From Mayamaea pseudoterrestris (lineage: Eukaryota): a DNA stretch of 64,000 bases. Under the pieces are notes generated by a model. That model was given only the letters and a program-made list of their open reading frames with translations, had not been told where the DNA came from and ran no database searches. Each line of letters begins with the position of its first letter. Positions within the stretch are counted from its first letter, which is position 1. The stretch lies in the NCBI GenBank assembly GCA_027923505.1, contig BROI01000023.1, positions 248,001 through 312,000 of the forward strand, read 5' to 3'. Shown here piece by piece: positions 34,968 to 47,748 of this stretch. The position numbers were made by a program, and so were the translations under genes.

Positions 34968-35799
34968 TCAGCCAAGGGAGCTTGCACCTCTAATACTCCG
35001 AGCGTTTCCGTAGCAGCGCTTTCCTTTGCAATGGTCGCCATACAACCAATATGTTAGTGCTGATGTCTTGGCTGAATGCGTCGCTGTGTTTCCGTTAGCC
35101 CTAGCAGCGAGCTGAATGGCAATCTTGCCCTTGACATGGCACACCAACGCGTCAACGCCGTGACGGCGCGCATTATGTGCCCACGAAACGGCATGATCGA
35201 CTCTTTGTCGACATTTGCTGGCGAAGTCGTCCGTATACAAGTCGAGCGCTTCGTAATCATTTTCGTACTCGGCATATCCACTAAAACCTGAACCGCGCTG
35301 TAAAGTTGGAACATCCCGACTAGAAAGTCCTTGAGAATTGCTGTCGCATTCGACGGCATCGTCATCATAACCATTCTCGTCCAACTTTTCGTCATCATCA
35401 ATGAAGCCGCAACATGCTCGTTCGACTCAATGACTCCCAATTCACGCAATTGCTTCTTTATGAATCGAATCGACTCTACAGACAAGGTTTGCTACATCAT
35501 GGCACTTGATGGCGCGTTAATCAAGAGTGAAGAGCAGGTCGCTCGGAGTGACGATGGCTACTGGACGAAAGAAAGATTCCCTGTGGCTGTTGTAATCGTT
35601 CTCGTCACTGGAGCTTCAAAGCGCTGCACAATGATGTGTACAGTTGCTTGCTTCGTAGCTTGCTCATGTTCACTCGTCGTTTCTTGGTCGTGCGCTTGGG
35701 TGGGCAGGTCCTTGGAGGATCTACAGATCGACGGTGTGTTTCGCAGTGCGGCTGCAGCCTCCTGAGCTCTTCGATTATCCCATCAAAGACATCAGTCAC
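34968..35799 (-). pseudogene. Possible decayed gene fragments
   Basis: Successive short protein-like ORFs (35605-35799, 35054-35485, 34968-35384) in shifting frames. No recognisable domain. Confidence 0.3.
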
Positions 35800-36218
35800 T
35801 ATAGTTTACGACACAGTAGCGTAATTGGCGCAGCAGTGCCGGAATGATGCATGCGAGAATGCCATGGTCGAGGCTCGAGGAACGAAACGCCAATGGTTGA
35901 TGTTTCGCAACTTGGGTTTTCATTGCAGCTCGGAGAGTTTTCATTCATGCAAGTGTCACTGTGGAGTTTTCATGATCGATCAAACTACACTTAACCTTAT
36001 TGCAGCAAAGTTTGAGCTTGCCGAAGGTATCTTTCATTCGATGTTCTACGCGGGAACGACAAGCGTGACACGCGGCTGCCGTTTCGTCAACCCGACTGGA
36101 TGCCTCTTTTTTGCAATGGTTGACGTAGCGTAGATTCAGTTCGACTCCCTCGCTTTGCTTCGCGCAGTCATTACTACTAATAGCAAGCGAATAGCATAGA
36201 CGAGCAGCAATCTGTAAA

Positions 36219-36686
36219 ATGCGGATGGAAGAAACCAAGGCCTTGACGGTCCGAACGAATACTCATGCACAGCAACCAGTCGATTGGGTCGACACCGTGG
36301 AGCGAACGGCGTCGGTCATGAAGAAGTTTTTAACGCGCACCACCTGTCGCTTGTGTCAAGTTTACGCGGACGAGCAGGTACAATATGAAGTGCAACTAGA
36401 GAAGCAGACGGGAATGCAGCATGAGACTAGCAATTGGGTGGCATCCTCGGTCCGCAACTTGGAAGTGGAACTCTATCGACAATTTTTGTTTGACGAAAAT
36501 TCAGTCATTCAACACGCTGATTCGTTTCGCGACGAAACGGAAGAGACGGAAGCAGCGCACGACGAGGAGGAGATTGAAAATGGCAGAACGCAAGCTGCGA
36601 GTTCAATCAATGGCGAGGAGGAGGAGGAGACAATGCATGTACAACATGTAAATGAAGAAGTGGCACGCCTCATTGAATTGGTGTAG
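36219..36686 (+). CDS. Hypothetical acidic protein
   Basis: 155-aa ATG-initiated ORF with a Glu-rich C-half. An imperfect hairpin (36682-36717) overlaps the stop. Confidence 0.4.
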   Translation: MRMEETKALTVRTNTHAQQPVDWVDTVERTASVMKKFLTRTTCRLCQVYADEQVQYEVQLEKQTGMQHETSNWVASSVRNLEVELYRQFLFDENSVIQHADSFRDETEETEAAHDEEEIENGRTQAASSINGEEEEETMHVQHVNEEVARLIELV

Positions 36687-38250
36687 CGCGCCTTGGACGA
36701 ATCAAGGCGGCGCTACAGATTCTCTTGTATTCATCAAGGATTTGCATGTTTGCAACGCTGGTTGCTTGCCGTCATTCGTTCCAGTTATTGTCAAAAGCCG
36801 GACGTGATGGCCGGATGTCGGGTTCTTGGATATTGCGACGGTGCGACGAAAGGTATTTAGATCGTAGGTAGATACACTCGGATCATCGTTTGGCAGGACT
36901 CATTTAAAAGCTGTAACTCATATTAATCTATTAGTAAACGCTCGTATTGTACAATAAAGCTTTCAGACAACGTACAAGTCGTACCTATTATTGCGGTGAT
37001 CTGCCGCAATTTTCATACAGAAGCATCAACACAAACGATAGCTTAAAAGTACGCGTACTTTACAACAGCAAACTTACTACATCTTAAATCATCACTTGTC
37101 ATATACGTTATCATTAACGACCAGCTCTCAAGACGTCCCATCGCTTGCAATAAACCTACGAGCGACTCTGGCGGCCGCTGCAGCTGCGTCATCATTGACA
37201 CTCAAACAATCCATTTCCGTCGTCTCCTCCTCGCGAGCGTCCCCAAACATGTCCAAGCATTGTAAAGAATCAGGCATAGCGATCCAAGTTGCAATCAAAC
37301 TCCTCTTCGCGTGCTTTGCGCTCGACAAACGGTCCGCGCTGTTCAAACAGCAAGTACATAATTGTTGAGTATTGCAAGTGCGTCCAACCGGCTCCAGGTA
37401 CTTGGCTGAGTACTCAAGCTGCGAAAACTTCTTCTGCGGAATCCACCAGCTTGATCTTGTTCATCATTTGACAAAGCACGTCTTTCGAAGGCACAAAAAT
37501 CTTGAGGCCCGAAGGTCGATGATGCGCTGGCAAAGTGTCATGTCACAGTGAACACGGAGGAAAACGACGAACATGGACATCCATTGCTTCGAACAAATTG
37601 CTCCGGCAGCAAGTTGCGATGAATGACGTAATGTCGCCATGCTACTGCTCTTGGTTCCTCTGCAGTCGCATCAATCTACCACTGCTTTTAGAAAATAATC
37701 ACACGCAAATGGTTGCTGCCGAAGCCCTCGCCACAGTCTCTTCCTCTGACAATGTTCGCAGCTTTCACAAACCTCCAAATCTACTATCTTCGTATTGGTA
37801 ATTGACATTTCCGACGACTTCCACAGCCGTCCGAATGTACGTCCCTTCATCAAAACCACAACCCGTGGCGAACTGCTGATGGTGTTGAATGGATGGGAAG
37901 AATCTTGTCGCGGGAACAGTCATGCAAGGAAGATTCGTCGTTGTCGCTATCTCTTTCCATTGTAAGAGTCAAGTTACTCAGACTGCCGCCGGGCTCGGAG
38001 ACAAAATGAGGCTTAGAAAACTGTTGATCAAGTCCATCAATGCACCATGCTTTTATGCATCATTCGACAGCCACGTCACTAACAGCAAACTCCATCTTCT
38101 TTGCGACTGCCATGATACCGAGTCGAAGTAGTAACATGCCTAATGATGGTGCAAGGGAAAGTAAGGGGAGAGGTGGAAAAGAGTGGATGCATTTGCTCGA
38201 TTATGGCGTTTTGAAGTGCTTCGCCGTCTTTCGCAAATAAATCGTGACAG

Positions 38251-38620
38251 TTTTCACTGGCACTCGTTTCACAATATAGCCTTTAGGCTTCGTTTTCACT
38301 GGCACTCGTTTCATAGTATTGCCTTGCGACGTAATTGACACTGGCACTCGTTTCATATTATTGCCTTGTGACGTAATTGACACTGGCACTCTTTTCACAG
38401 TTAAGCCTTGTGACTAAGTATTCACTAGCACATGTCTCACGCAAATTCTGACGCAGCTTTCACTGGCACTCGTTTCATACTTAACCCCTTAGGCTTCGTT
38501 TTCACTGGCACTCGTTTCGTACATAAGCCTTTAGGCTTCGTTTTCACTGGCACCCGTTTCATACTATTGCCGCATGACGTAATTGACACTGGCACTCGTT
38601 TCATACTTAAGCCTTCAACG
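38251..38620 (+). repeat. 42-bp phased repeat array 2 (9 units)
   Basis: Core TT(TT/GA)CACTGGCACTCGTTTCA at 38251, 38293, 38335, 38377, 38419 (degenerate), 38457, 38499, 38541 and 38583. Confidence 0.95.
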
Positions 38621-40473
38621 TTGCCAAAGGGGTAAGCGGAAATTTCCACCATGGGAAATTGACAGTGAATGAGGCAAGGAACAACGTACCCGTCTCATTA
38701 TTTCCTGCATTCCTTGGCGTCTTAGATCGAAGGACCGAAAAGGGTATTATACTCTGCCATTGGCTAGCGATGGTGCTCAAAGACGTACAACTGAACCGAG
38801 CGAGGAGGCAACGATGCCGACGTGTTGCCAATGTATTTGTTGCCAATGTATTTGTCGCCAACGCGGAAAATGGCAATCTATGGGTGTCTAATGGACCATC
38901 ATGCGATGATTGAGCTCCACAAATCTTTTGCGTTTATGTATTGATACGAACGCCGTTAAATTGAGCGGCGAGCCAGCTCACTGCTGACGGGGACGGGCAA
39001 GCGAGCGAGACTGACAAGCTCAGGACGACAAGTATGATTTAACAGCAGCTTGCTATGCGATGGTACGCGATGGTGCGAGGAGAATAAGCAATGGAAAGTA
39101 CGTACCGGTAGCTATTCGGGTGACGGCCAAGGATCGGCGCGACTACAAAGGGATGCGAGCGCATGGTTTACGATTCCTCCTGACGCGTATGATCAACTTC
39201 TTTCACAATTCACAACGACCTCAAAAGTACCAAGTCGAGCGCAAAGAAAACCAAGTCAGAATGTTTTTTAGGCAGTTTACGGCGATGACCATGTCGGCGG
39301 TAGCTGCATCGTTTTACTCATCACGGTGACGCTATCTATCGCCCGTTGCACAACACACTACCCTTGTCGGTCAACCTAGCGTCCTTTTGACTTTGCTTAA
39401 TGCTGAGCTTGACGACTGAAGCGCCGGCGGAAGTCTTTGCCATTGGCGAACATGCGACTGGAACAGCCAAAGCATTCTACAGCAATCCACTATTTTCTTT
39501 CCAACGTGATATATATAATGCATTGCGAAATTTTATTGCTTCGTTAGTCGACAACGAAAAATACGATTCGACTTGATGTCAAAGCTTGGCGCTATAATAA
39601 ATGCACAACAAGACGAACAGATGCGGCGATTGGCGTCAATCAGTGAGGGCTTACTTTATACGACAGCAATCAACACTACGCCCTGTTGTAAATGGTAACA
39701 AGAGCATGCTTGCTTACGACCAGGCCAATGCAGCAGCTAAGGAGAAATTGCCTAGAACAAGGACACTTTACTGGTGCCAGGCCGTGCACAATGAGGACAT
39801 CCATTGCAGACGACCTGGATTTCGCGTACAATAGCAGAAAGCCACGTCAAGGAGACGACTCCAGTGACATTAGTTCTTGACTTTGTATCTGCTTGACAAT
39901 TGGCAAAATGATGCCTCCGACTTGTCTTTGTCACTTGATTTGCGCACAAGTTTTGCAATAAACACGCTGAAGCACTAGATACCGAAACTGCGACGACGGC
40001 CAATGCCCTGCTGCTACGATCCGATATGTTAGAGGAGGAAACGAGCCAGTTTTATTGAGAATGACGCGCCGTGGATGCCATTCAGAAAACGGCAATGACA
40101 TGCATAGAGAATGCACACTGTTGTCTTAAGCGAAGATCAACAACTCGGTCCCTTCACGTTGATCTTGACGAGCAGATCCTGGCGAAGCTCTCAAGACCAT
40201 TATAGTATATGAACGACAGAGAGAAAACCAATGCAAGGCATTGACAAAGCGACTGCTTGCTAAAGACAACACAGTTGCTTGACGAGCACCATTATGTTCG
40301 GCCTTGACAAAGCCTTTCGACATGAACATTACAGCATCTGCACAGCGCTTGCGTATTACAAATGTTGAAGTGCGTCGTTTGACTGGTCCAACGCAGCTTT
40401 TGCACGAGGAAGAACTCGAGCTAATCTTGTTCAGAGCATGTAATCACAGAGGTGCCGTATCGTCCGGAGCAGA

Positions 40474-40800
40474 TTGTATAAGACGCGAACACTTGAAAGC
40501 TTCGTAACCAAACACAGCAGCGTCAACAAAACAAAAGCAGCAACAATCAGCGAACCGAGGTTCGGATCAGCAGCGAGAGAAGGACAACGACGTCGCCGAG
40601 GACGCATACGACAGGGCCTCGCCGTTGCACGCTTTGCCTGGACGGATTGTGGCACGGAAAACCATGCGGAGGAAGAATGCTGGGACTTGCATCTGAGTTA
40701 AAGCTAAAAAGCAAAGAGGCGTGTAAACGGAGGCAGCAAATATTTGTGTATCGCTGACGAGTGAGTTGATCAGAAGATTGTTAATGGCTTTGTCAATGAT
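40474..40800 (+). mobile_element. Probable degenerate Ty1/copia gag remnant (zinc knuckle)
   Basis: WTDCGTENHAEEECWDLH (40639-40692) equals CX2CX4HX4C-W-x-LH with the first Cys codon changed to TGG. A basic Arg/Gly stretch precedes it and the surrounding frames are full of stops. No LTRs were seen. Confidence 0.5.
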
Positions 40801-41106
40801 GCGCAGACCCTGTTGCAATAAACGGGCGTATCGCTATTGTCAGATCTACAGAGTTTCGTGCGTTTGAGGGAGCCGAGCTGCTGAGCTCGTCTCTGGCTGC
40901 TTCGGTTGGTACTGCATCGGCTAGTATATGGCACGCTTGTCTGCACCAGAAACGTGGATCGTTGTTCGTGATCCGAGTTTATCTGCTTCAGTGGAATGCC
41001 TTTTTTGCTCCGATTTACGTTAATTTGCAATAACCACGCGAATGACGCTAGCACCTGTTATTAACGTTGTGATTACTAACTGTAAGCATCGCTATGATTT
41101 AACGCG

Positions 41107-42672
41107 CTATCTAGTCTCGTTGACAATCTTTTGACAAGCCTCCTTGTGGTTCTCCCAGTCATCCTTTTGACATTGTATAGAGCAATAGGTGGCGGACCGG
41201 CAACGTGAGCATTTCTTCATGCGCGTATACGGATGCTTCTTGTGGCAGGTATCACACTCAACCTTCTTCGCCTTCTTCTCACGCCGATCCTCACGCTCCT
41301 TGCGCTTGCGCGAGCAATCCTCTTGGTGCGACTGCTTGCTTGCCTCGCGACACGCCTTGCTGCAGTAAAATTCCGAGTGACACTCACGACACTTGATGCC
41401 AAGTCGAACAATTTCGCCTACACCTGCCGCTAAATCGGGACGTCCATGCACCTTGGTGCAACCTGGATTACCGCACCGCTTGCCCATGCGCTCCTTCAAG
41501 CGAGGTTCGCTTGCAGCGGAAACTGCATCGGCGTCATGGTTGTTCGCATCATGTTGATCACCATTCGCAGCACTCGCCGCATCCGCATGCATACTCTTGC
41601 TCAAGGTGGTTCGATACTCATTCTGCAAGGCTTCCCACGCCCCCGAGTGTTCCCACAAATTGTACAAGGTCCACCCATCCAAAATGTCGTCCACGTGTGG
41701 ATGAGTGTCGGGTCGCGGCGGACCATCCTCCAAGAAACTGGCCGAGCCAGCCTCCGCCAACACGTCCGATGCTGGTAGCGTAAAGGCAAGTCGACGGGTC
41801 CGACTGACGCGTGTAGGTGCTGGTGGTGCTGCTGCTGTACCTGCTGTTTGATCTGTAGTATTGCCTGTTGGTAAAATTGCCGTTGCCAGTTGGTTGGTGG
41901 AACTTCTTCCGCCGCTGCTACTTCCCGGCTGAACAGTGAGCGTCATGCCTTCCAGCAAGTCTTCCATGCACTCCAAGCAAGTCAAACGACAAATGGTGCG
42001 CGTGCCAAGAGTCATTTGCGATCCCTTGACGACAGTGATTTGTAGCAACGGATAAAAGAGCATCCAGTACTCTTGATCGTTATTGTCATCGTTGTTAGTA
42101 TTGGTATCATTACTCGTATTACTCGTTGGCACTGGACAGCGCTCTCCGCAGACTGGACAAAGCAAGAGCGATTCTACATCGGGCCAGTCAAAGGTTCCGT
42201 TAGGTGCAATATGCATATCCATGGACTGCTGCTTGGTTCGCATCATGACAGAAAAGTCTTGATAGTTTTCTGGCGTAAAGAGACAGCGCCCGCCGACTGT
42301 CAGTGTGACTGGCATGGTGCTTGCGTTACTGGAGTTGCCTTGCTGCTGTTGCTGTTGACTGGTGCTTGGTTCGAGTTGGAGAATGGTAGCGCCAGGAAAA
42401 TCAACGTGGAAATTGTCGTCGCTGTTTGCACCTGTTGTATTCTTATTATTATTGTGATTAGCTGCTCCACTACTTAATGTATTGTTGTTGCTATTTGGAT
42501 GGAACGACTTGTCTTGATAGACGAGGACGCGCTGCTTGGGTAGCGTCTTGATTTTGCAGTCGTACACAATGTCGTCCTGCAGTAACAGACTGCATTTGGC
42601 ATCCTTCATACCAGGCGTCTCGAGACCAGACCATTTAATGCTGCTTGTAATGCTGTTGTTTCTGTTCGTCAT
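41107..42672 (-). CDS. Protein with two C-terminal MYND-type zinc fingers
   Basis: CGNPGC...KCRECHSEFYCSKACREASKQSHQEDC and CDTC...KKCSRCRSATYCSIQCQKDDWENHKEAC, plus additional CPVC and CLEC pairs. Confidence 0.88.
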   Translation of the reverse strand: MTNRNNSITSSIKWSGLETPGMKDAKCSLLLQDDIVYDCKIKTLPKQRVLVYQDKSFHPNSNNNTLSSGAANHNNNKNTTGANSDDNFHVDFPGATILQLEPSTSQQQQQQGNSSNASTMPVTLTVGGRCLFTPENYQDFSVMMRTKQQSMDMHIAPNGTFDWPDVESLLLCPVCGERCPVPTSNTSNDTNTNNDDNNDQEYWMLFYPLLQITVVKGSQMTLGTRTICRLTCLECMEDLLEGMTLTVQPGSSSGGRSSTNQLATAILPTGNTTDQTAGTAAAPPAPTRVSRTRRLAFTLPASDVLAEAGSASFLEDGPPRPDTHPHVDDILDGWTLYNLWEHSGAWEALQNEYRTTLSKSMHADAASAANGDQHDANNHDADAVSAASEPRLKERMGKRCGNPGCTKVHGRPDLAAGVGEIVRLGIKCRECHSEFYCSKACREASKQSHQEDCSRKRKEREDRREKKAKKVECDTCHKKHPYTRMKKCSRCRSATYCSIQCQKDDWENHKEACQKIVNETR

Positions 42673-43260
42673 GATAGCGTGACTGTTGTTGGTTATTGGA
42701 AATGTCGGCCGAGGTGCTGATTCACAAATAATTAATGAAGAAGAGTCGTCGTATTCTGAGTATTATGAATAATCTGTAGTCGCCCTTGCCTTCCCTTGCT
42801 ACCGATAGTCACACGTCTTTCGTCACTAGCCAGAGTAGCAATCGGACCGAGACTGCATCAGCCAAGCAAGCAAACAAGCAATAAGCAAGCGGGACGAGAA
42901 GTTGATCCATGCGTGAGTTCCGCCGCCGCGCCCACAATGACCTGACCCAGATTGTCGCAGCATGACTCCTTCATCCGTGACTCGTTTGCCTTCCGCTTCC
43001 GAACGTCTGTCCGTCGTTCTCCCTCTCCAATGACCGTTTGCCGGGCAACGACGATGACAGATCCGCTCGCGAGCCTCCGACTTGCGCACAACGGCTATTC
43101 CATCCAAGTGAAGCGACGAAAGCAGCTTGCGTAGAGTCGACAAGGCTTTGACTTGGTATTCAAAGAGAGAAAAGTAGAGTAATAATTCTCCGTCTGACCT
43201 GCGAGTCAAGAGCGCATCATTTAATATTATTACAGGAAGCAGCAGTCAGCAATCAGCAAC

Positions 43261-45387
43261 ATGATGAACCTTGCGGCAGCAGTTGCTTCAGTTCTTATTT
43301 TCGGCGCAAAATCGGCTTCGTCCTACTACTTGCCAGGAGTAAATCCGCAGTCCTTTGAGGAAAATGCTCCGTACGTAAATTGATTGACATATGAAAGTGG
43401 AAGAGACGAATGATTCGTTGTATTTGCCGCGGATCCGATCCTTTTGCTCACCATATCTATTCCTCCCCTCTGCTCCTATTTATACAGAGTGAAACTCAAG
43501 GTGAACAAGCTGACGTCGACCAAGACACTCTATCCAATTGACTACTACCAGTTGCCCTTTTGCACTCCGGAGGGAGGTCCGGTCCGCGACTCTGAAAACT
43601 TGGGAGAGTTTCTTGCCGGCGATCGCATCGAGTCATCGCCCTACCACTTGCTCATGCGCAAGGAAATGTACTGCGAACAGCTTTGCATCAATCACATTGG
43701 ACATGCCGAGCAAGCTGGTGTCAATCAAAACAAGGTCGTCAAGGCCATTCGACGCAACTACCATCACAATTGGATCGTTGATAATTTGCCAGCCGCCTCC
43801 AAGGTGGAGGACGATGAGCATATTACGACGCGATACTGGCAAGGCTTTCCCATTGGCTTTATTAGCGAAGACTCCAAGCAAGCCTATGTACATAACCATG
43901 TTAACATTGAAATCATGTACCATGCCGTGGAGAATGAAGCCAACAAGTATCGAGTGGTGCGCTTCACTGTCGAACCCTTTTCCATTGCGCACGAGTTTGA
44001 AGCCATTGATGAAACTGCTGGAAGCATCACTGACCAAGACTCCAACTACTTGTCGATCAAAGCCAAGATTACAAACCCCATTGATTCCTGCAATCCTGGC
44101 ATTAAGGATCGCAACCATACTACCTACGAGATGGTCACGGCCGGTGGACGATTGCCGCAATTGGCATCTGGACGAGTGCTCTTCACCTACGACGTCAGTT
44201 GGACGGAGAATACTGAATTGCGCTGGGCCTCGCGCTGGGATATTTACTTGAGCATGGACAATGCCGTTCCAGCCAAGGTGCACTGGTTGAGCATTGCCAA
44301 CTCATTGGTCATTGTCGTGGTGCTTTCGGCCATGATTGCTGCCATTCTTGTGCGAAACTTGAGACGCGATATCAATCGCTACAATCGAGTGGCGCAGGAC
44401 GAGGAGGCGCGTCAGGAGGAACTCGAAGAGTACGGATGGAAGTTGGTTCATGCCGACGTGTTCCGGCCGCCGAGCTTTTCGCCCATGCTTCTTTCCATTG
44501 CCATGGGAACGGGTTGTCAGCTGCTTTGCATGGGTATCGTTACAATTGTTTTTGCGTCGTTGGGTTTCATGAGCCCTGCGCGTCGCGGACATTTGCTCAT
44601 GGCGCAATTGTTGCTGTTTGTACTCATGGGCAGCGTCAATGGTTACGTGACGGCGCGCATGTATAAGACGTTTAAAGGCAAGGCGTGGCAGCGAGCGACC
44701 TTGTCGACGGCCATGGGATTTCCAGGTATTGCGTTCTTGCTCTTTTTCATCATGGACATTACCGCCATGGTGAACGGATCAACGGATGCAGTGCCATTTA
44801 CGACCATACTCATTTTGGTCGTTTTGTGGTTTGGCATTTCGACGCCGCTCGTCTTTTTGGGAGCCTACTTTGGTTACAAGCAAGATGCGATTGAATTTCC
44901 CGTCAACACCAGCAGTATTCCTCGTCAGATACCGGATCAGCCGTGGTTCATGGGCGTTCCATTCACCCTCATGATTGGTGGCATTCTTCCGTTTGGCGCC
45001 TGCTTCGTTGAGCTTTACTACATCATGGCGTCGGTTTGGATGGATTACTACTACTATGTCTTTGGTTTCCTCTTGCTGGTCTTTATGATTTTGATTGTCA
45101 CTTGTGCCGAGATTACCGTCTTGTTCACCTACTTTCAGCTGTGCTCGGAGGATTACCACTGGTGGTGGCGTTCCTTCTGCAACGGTGGAGCGACGGCAAT
45201 TTACGTTTTCATGTACTCGTTCGTCTACTTCAAGCAGCTCGAGGCAAGCAGCGTTGCGACGTACATGCTTTACTTTGGATACATGGGATTGGCGTCGCTG
45301 GGATTGTTTATGTTGATGGGCTTTGTCGGTGTGGCGACTTCATTGTGGTTTAACAAAATTGTCTTTGCTTCCATCAAGATTGATTAG
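43261..45387 (+). CDS. Nonaspanin / TM9SF (EMP70) family protein; exons 43261-43370 and 43488-45387
   Basis: The signal peptide and YYLPGVNP lie in exon 1; intron 43371-43487 is GTACGT...TACAG. Motifs ENLGEFLAGDRI, GWKLVHADVFRPP, EDYHWWWRSF and C-terminal KID are present. Confidence 0.96.
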
Positions 45388-45560
45388 GCAGGAATGAATA
45401 ATGATGACATTAAAACGAATTTTACTTGACATGATACATGCATTTGCGTAATTGTTACATACTGGTTATTACAATAGCAGTTACAGTACTAAACCACGTG
45501 ATTGTGCGTGTTGTTCCTCCGCGTTATTCCTCTTTACTGCATTATTAGCTTGCCACACTT

Positions 45561-46682
45561 TTACGACTCCCACTCATCAATGTTCATCGAGTCTGACCTC
45601 ATGGAGCTTCGCGTACCTTCATACCAGTTTTGTCGAGGCGACCAGTTTGCGTCGGGTTCTCCAATTACACTGAAGGCTTGCCGACGTCTCTTTTGAGGCG
45701 GAGGCGGCTTAAATGAGTCATCCACGTGTGACCCTCCATTCACCGCCAGCATGTTTGCAATGACATTTCCCCTATCACGCAGAATCGCAGTCGCCACATC
45801 CATATCTTCTGGCGTTGTAATCTTGAGATTGGTGTACTCGCCCAAGGTCAGCTTCACAGGTTCACCGAGCGCCTCGACAATGGAAACGTCGTCCGTCACC
45901 TCCAAGTTTTCTGCGGCAACCTTTGCAAAACCGCGCTGCAGTGTATCAATGCGAACAACCTGCGGCGTATGAACTTCCCATAGCCTCGACCGCGGAATAG
46001 TTCGTAGCACAACTTGTCCGTCCTCTGACTCTTTGATCGTCGCCTTGCAGGGCACGCCCAATACGGCTGCTCCGAATTGCTTGGCGTCCTTGACAACGCT
46101 GCAGACTTCGTCAATCGTCACTAGCGGCCTCGCACTGTCGTGAATGGCCGCATATTGGCATTGCTGATTGCTCATTTCCACTAACTTGTTGAGTCCATTC
46201 TCGACGGATCCTTGCCGCTCAACGCCAGGATTCGCAAAGGCCAATCTTCCTTGGTAACGATCAACTATTGGTTGATACTCGGCTTGATAAGATGGATCCA
46301 ATACTAGCACCACGAACGGAGACGATTTAACATTGCGCTGCGACAGAAAATTGGGCAAATCTTCCAGAAACAAGTGCAGCGAGTGATGCAAAATCGGCAC
46401 TCCGCAAAGTTCCATGAATTGCTTTGGTAGACTGGCCTTCATGCGACTTCCCTTGCCGCCGGCCAGGACAACAAAGCCAACATCCGACATGTCTGGTAAA
46501 GAAACATCGTTTGGTTGCTTGCCTGCTGCTGCATGTTGCCTTGATTGGTGTGAATTGCTGCGTTGAATCGACTGACAAAATGCTTGCCGGCGAATGTTGT
46601 TTTTGGAAGTTGGAACGACAAAGCCCGACGATAAAGCGGGAAGAAAGAGCCTCACAGCCAGCGCAAATAGCATCGTCCTCAT
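45561..46682 (-). CDS. ispD: 2-C-methyl-D-erythritol 4-phosphate cytidylyltransferase, plastid-targeted
   Basis: VLAGGKGSRM..PKQF, GVERQGSVENGL, IHDSARPLV, LWEVHTPQ, VTDD and NLKITTPEDM motifs, with a bipartite presequence (SSG-FVVP). Confidence 0.96.
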   Translation of the reverse strand: MRTMLFALAVRLFLPALSSGFVVPTSKNNIRRQAFCQSIQRSNSHQSRQHAAAGKQPNDVSLPDMSDVGFVVLAGGKGSRMKASLPKQFMELCGVPILHHSLHLFLEDLPNFLSQRNVKSSPFVVLVLDPSYQAEYQPIVDRYQGRLAFANPGVERQGSVENGLNKLVEMSNQQCQYAAIHDSARPLVTIDEVCSVVKDAKQFGAAVLGVPCKATIKESEDGQVVLRTIPRSRLWEVHTPQVVRIDTLQRGFAKVAAENLEVTDDVSIVEALGEPVKLTLGEYTNLKITTPEDMDVATAILRDRGNVIANMLAVNGGSHVDDSFKPPPPQKRRRQAFSVIGEPDANWSPRQNWYEGTRSSMRSDSMNIDEWES

Positions 46683-46939
46683 TATATCTCAACCTGTAAA
46701 TAGTTGAAGAGTAGTAAAGCTTTGATTCTCAGCGACTAACTGGTCTTGGTCATGTAACAAAATTTGACGAGACGAAACGACGAAACCGCCAAGTTGATGT
46801 TTGCCGCGCCGCGAATGACGTACTCGAGTCGCTCCGTTACTCAATGTTGGCGCGCCGACACCATGGAGGATTCGACATCACCGTGCGGATCTTTCATCAA
46901 TTGGCAACGACCTTCCATTCAACTACCAAACGCTTCATC

Positions 46940-47571
46940 ATGCTGACTGTACTATATATAATGCTTCTGCTCGCTCAAATTGATGCATTTGTAGTGAATC
47001 CATTCCGATGTAATCGATTTCAATCCGTCTCAAAGGTATGCAAATGATCGATGGTGCAAATCATGATGGCTGCGTCCGACATGCTCACTGAAACGTATCA
47101 CTGATTTTGCAATCGCGCTTTCATTTGTATTTACAGCTTCATCTTGGAAAAGCAGCAGCAGTGACGGAATCGCCAGTCGAAAAGTACTTTAACCTCGAGG
47201 AACTCGAAGACAGTGAAAAAGCCGTCACAGAAGTTTTCTTGAACGCCGACCGCACCGTCACGGTCGGAGAAACGGATGGTCCACTCTTTGCCGAAGCATC
47301 AGGTACATGGTCCATTGACAATGAGAATCAGCAGTTTGAAATGACGCTTCGTCGAACATTTACAGCCGGCGCAACATCCAATCAGCCAACCGACATGCAA
47401 GAGTTTTCCTTTAGCGTTGAGCGAACATTTATTGGAAGCATGTACATGGTGGGAGCCAAGCTTGCCGTGGAAGGATCAGTGCATTCCATGGACGAGCACG
47501 GTGATACCGAAGTTGGTTACTTTGAAATGATTGACGTTACGACGGAGCGAAATGGATGGGACAAGGAATAA
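46940..47571 (+). CDS. Plastid-targeted hypothetical beta-rich protein; exons 46940-47035 and 47137-47571
   Basis: Signal peptide ending IDA-FVV, a phase-0 GTATGC...TACAG intron, and alternating beta-strand patterns in the mature part. Confidence 0.78.
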
Positions 47572-47748
47572 AACTTGAGATTGCGAGTTTGATACAATAG
47601 TATGAACGCTAAGTACACTATTACTTGTATTCATAAACATGCAACAAATTATATATGCAAATATATTTGGTTTTGAACTAGGTAGACCCTTCGCGCTTGA
47701 CGCATCCGTGTTTCACCATCTTTACCTCGTCTCCTAGTGCCCATGCAG

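Noticed and set aside
36682..36717. Hairpin at a stop codon resembling a bacterial intrinsic terminator
   Set aside because: It has no proper U-tract and the locus is eukaryotic.
38251..38620. CRISPR array interpretation of the 42-bp repeats
   Set aside because: The spacers are only ~21 bp and are related to one another, no cas genes are present, and the context is eukaryotic.
23469..38620. Arrays 1 and 2 as inverted termini of a 15-kb Pack-type transposon
   Set aside because: They are inverted relative to each other, but similarity does not extend beyond the repeat units. I found no target-site duplication or transposase, and a third unpaired array exists.
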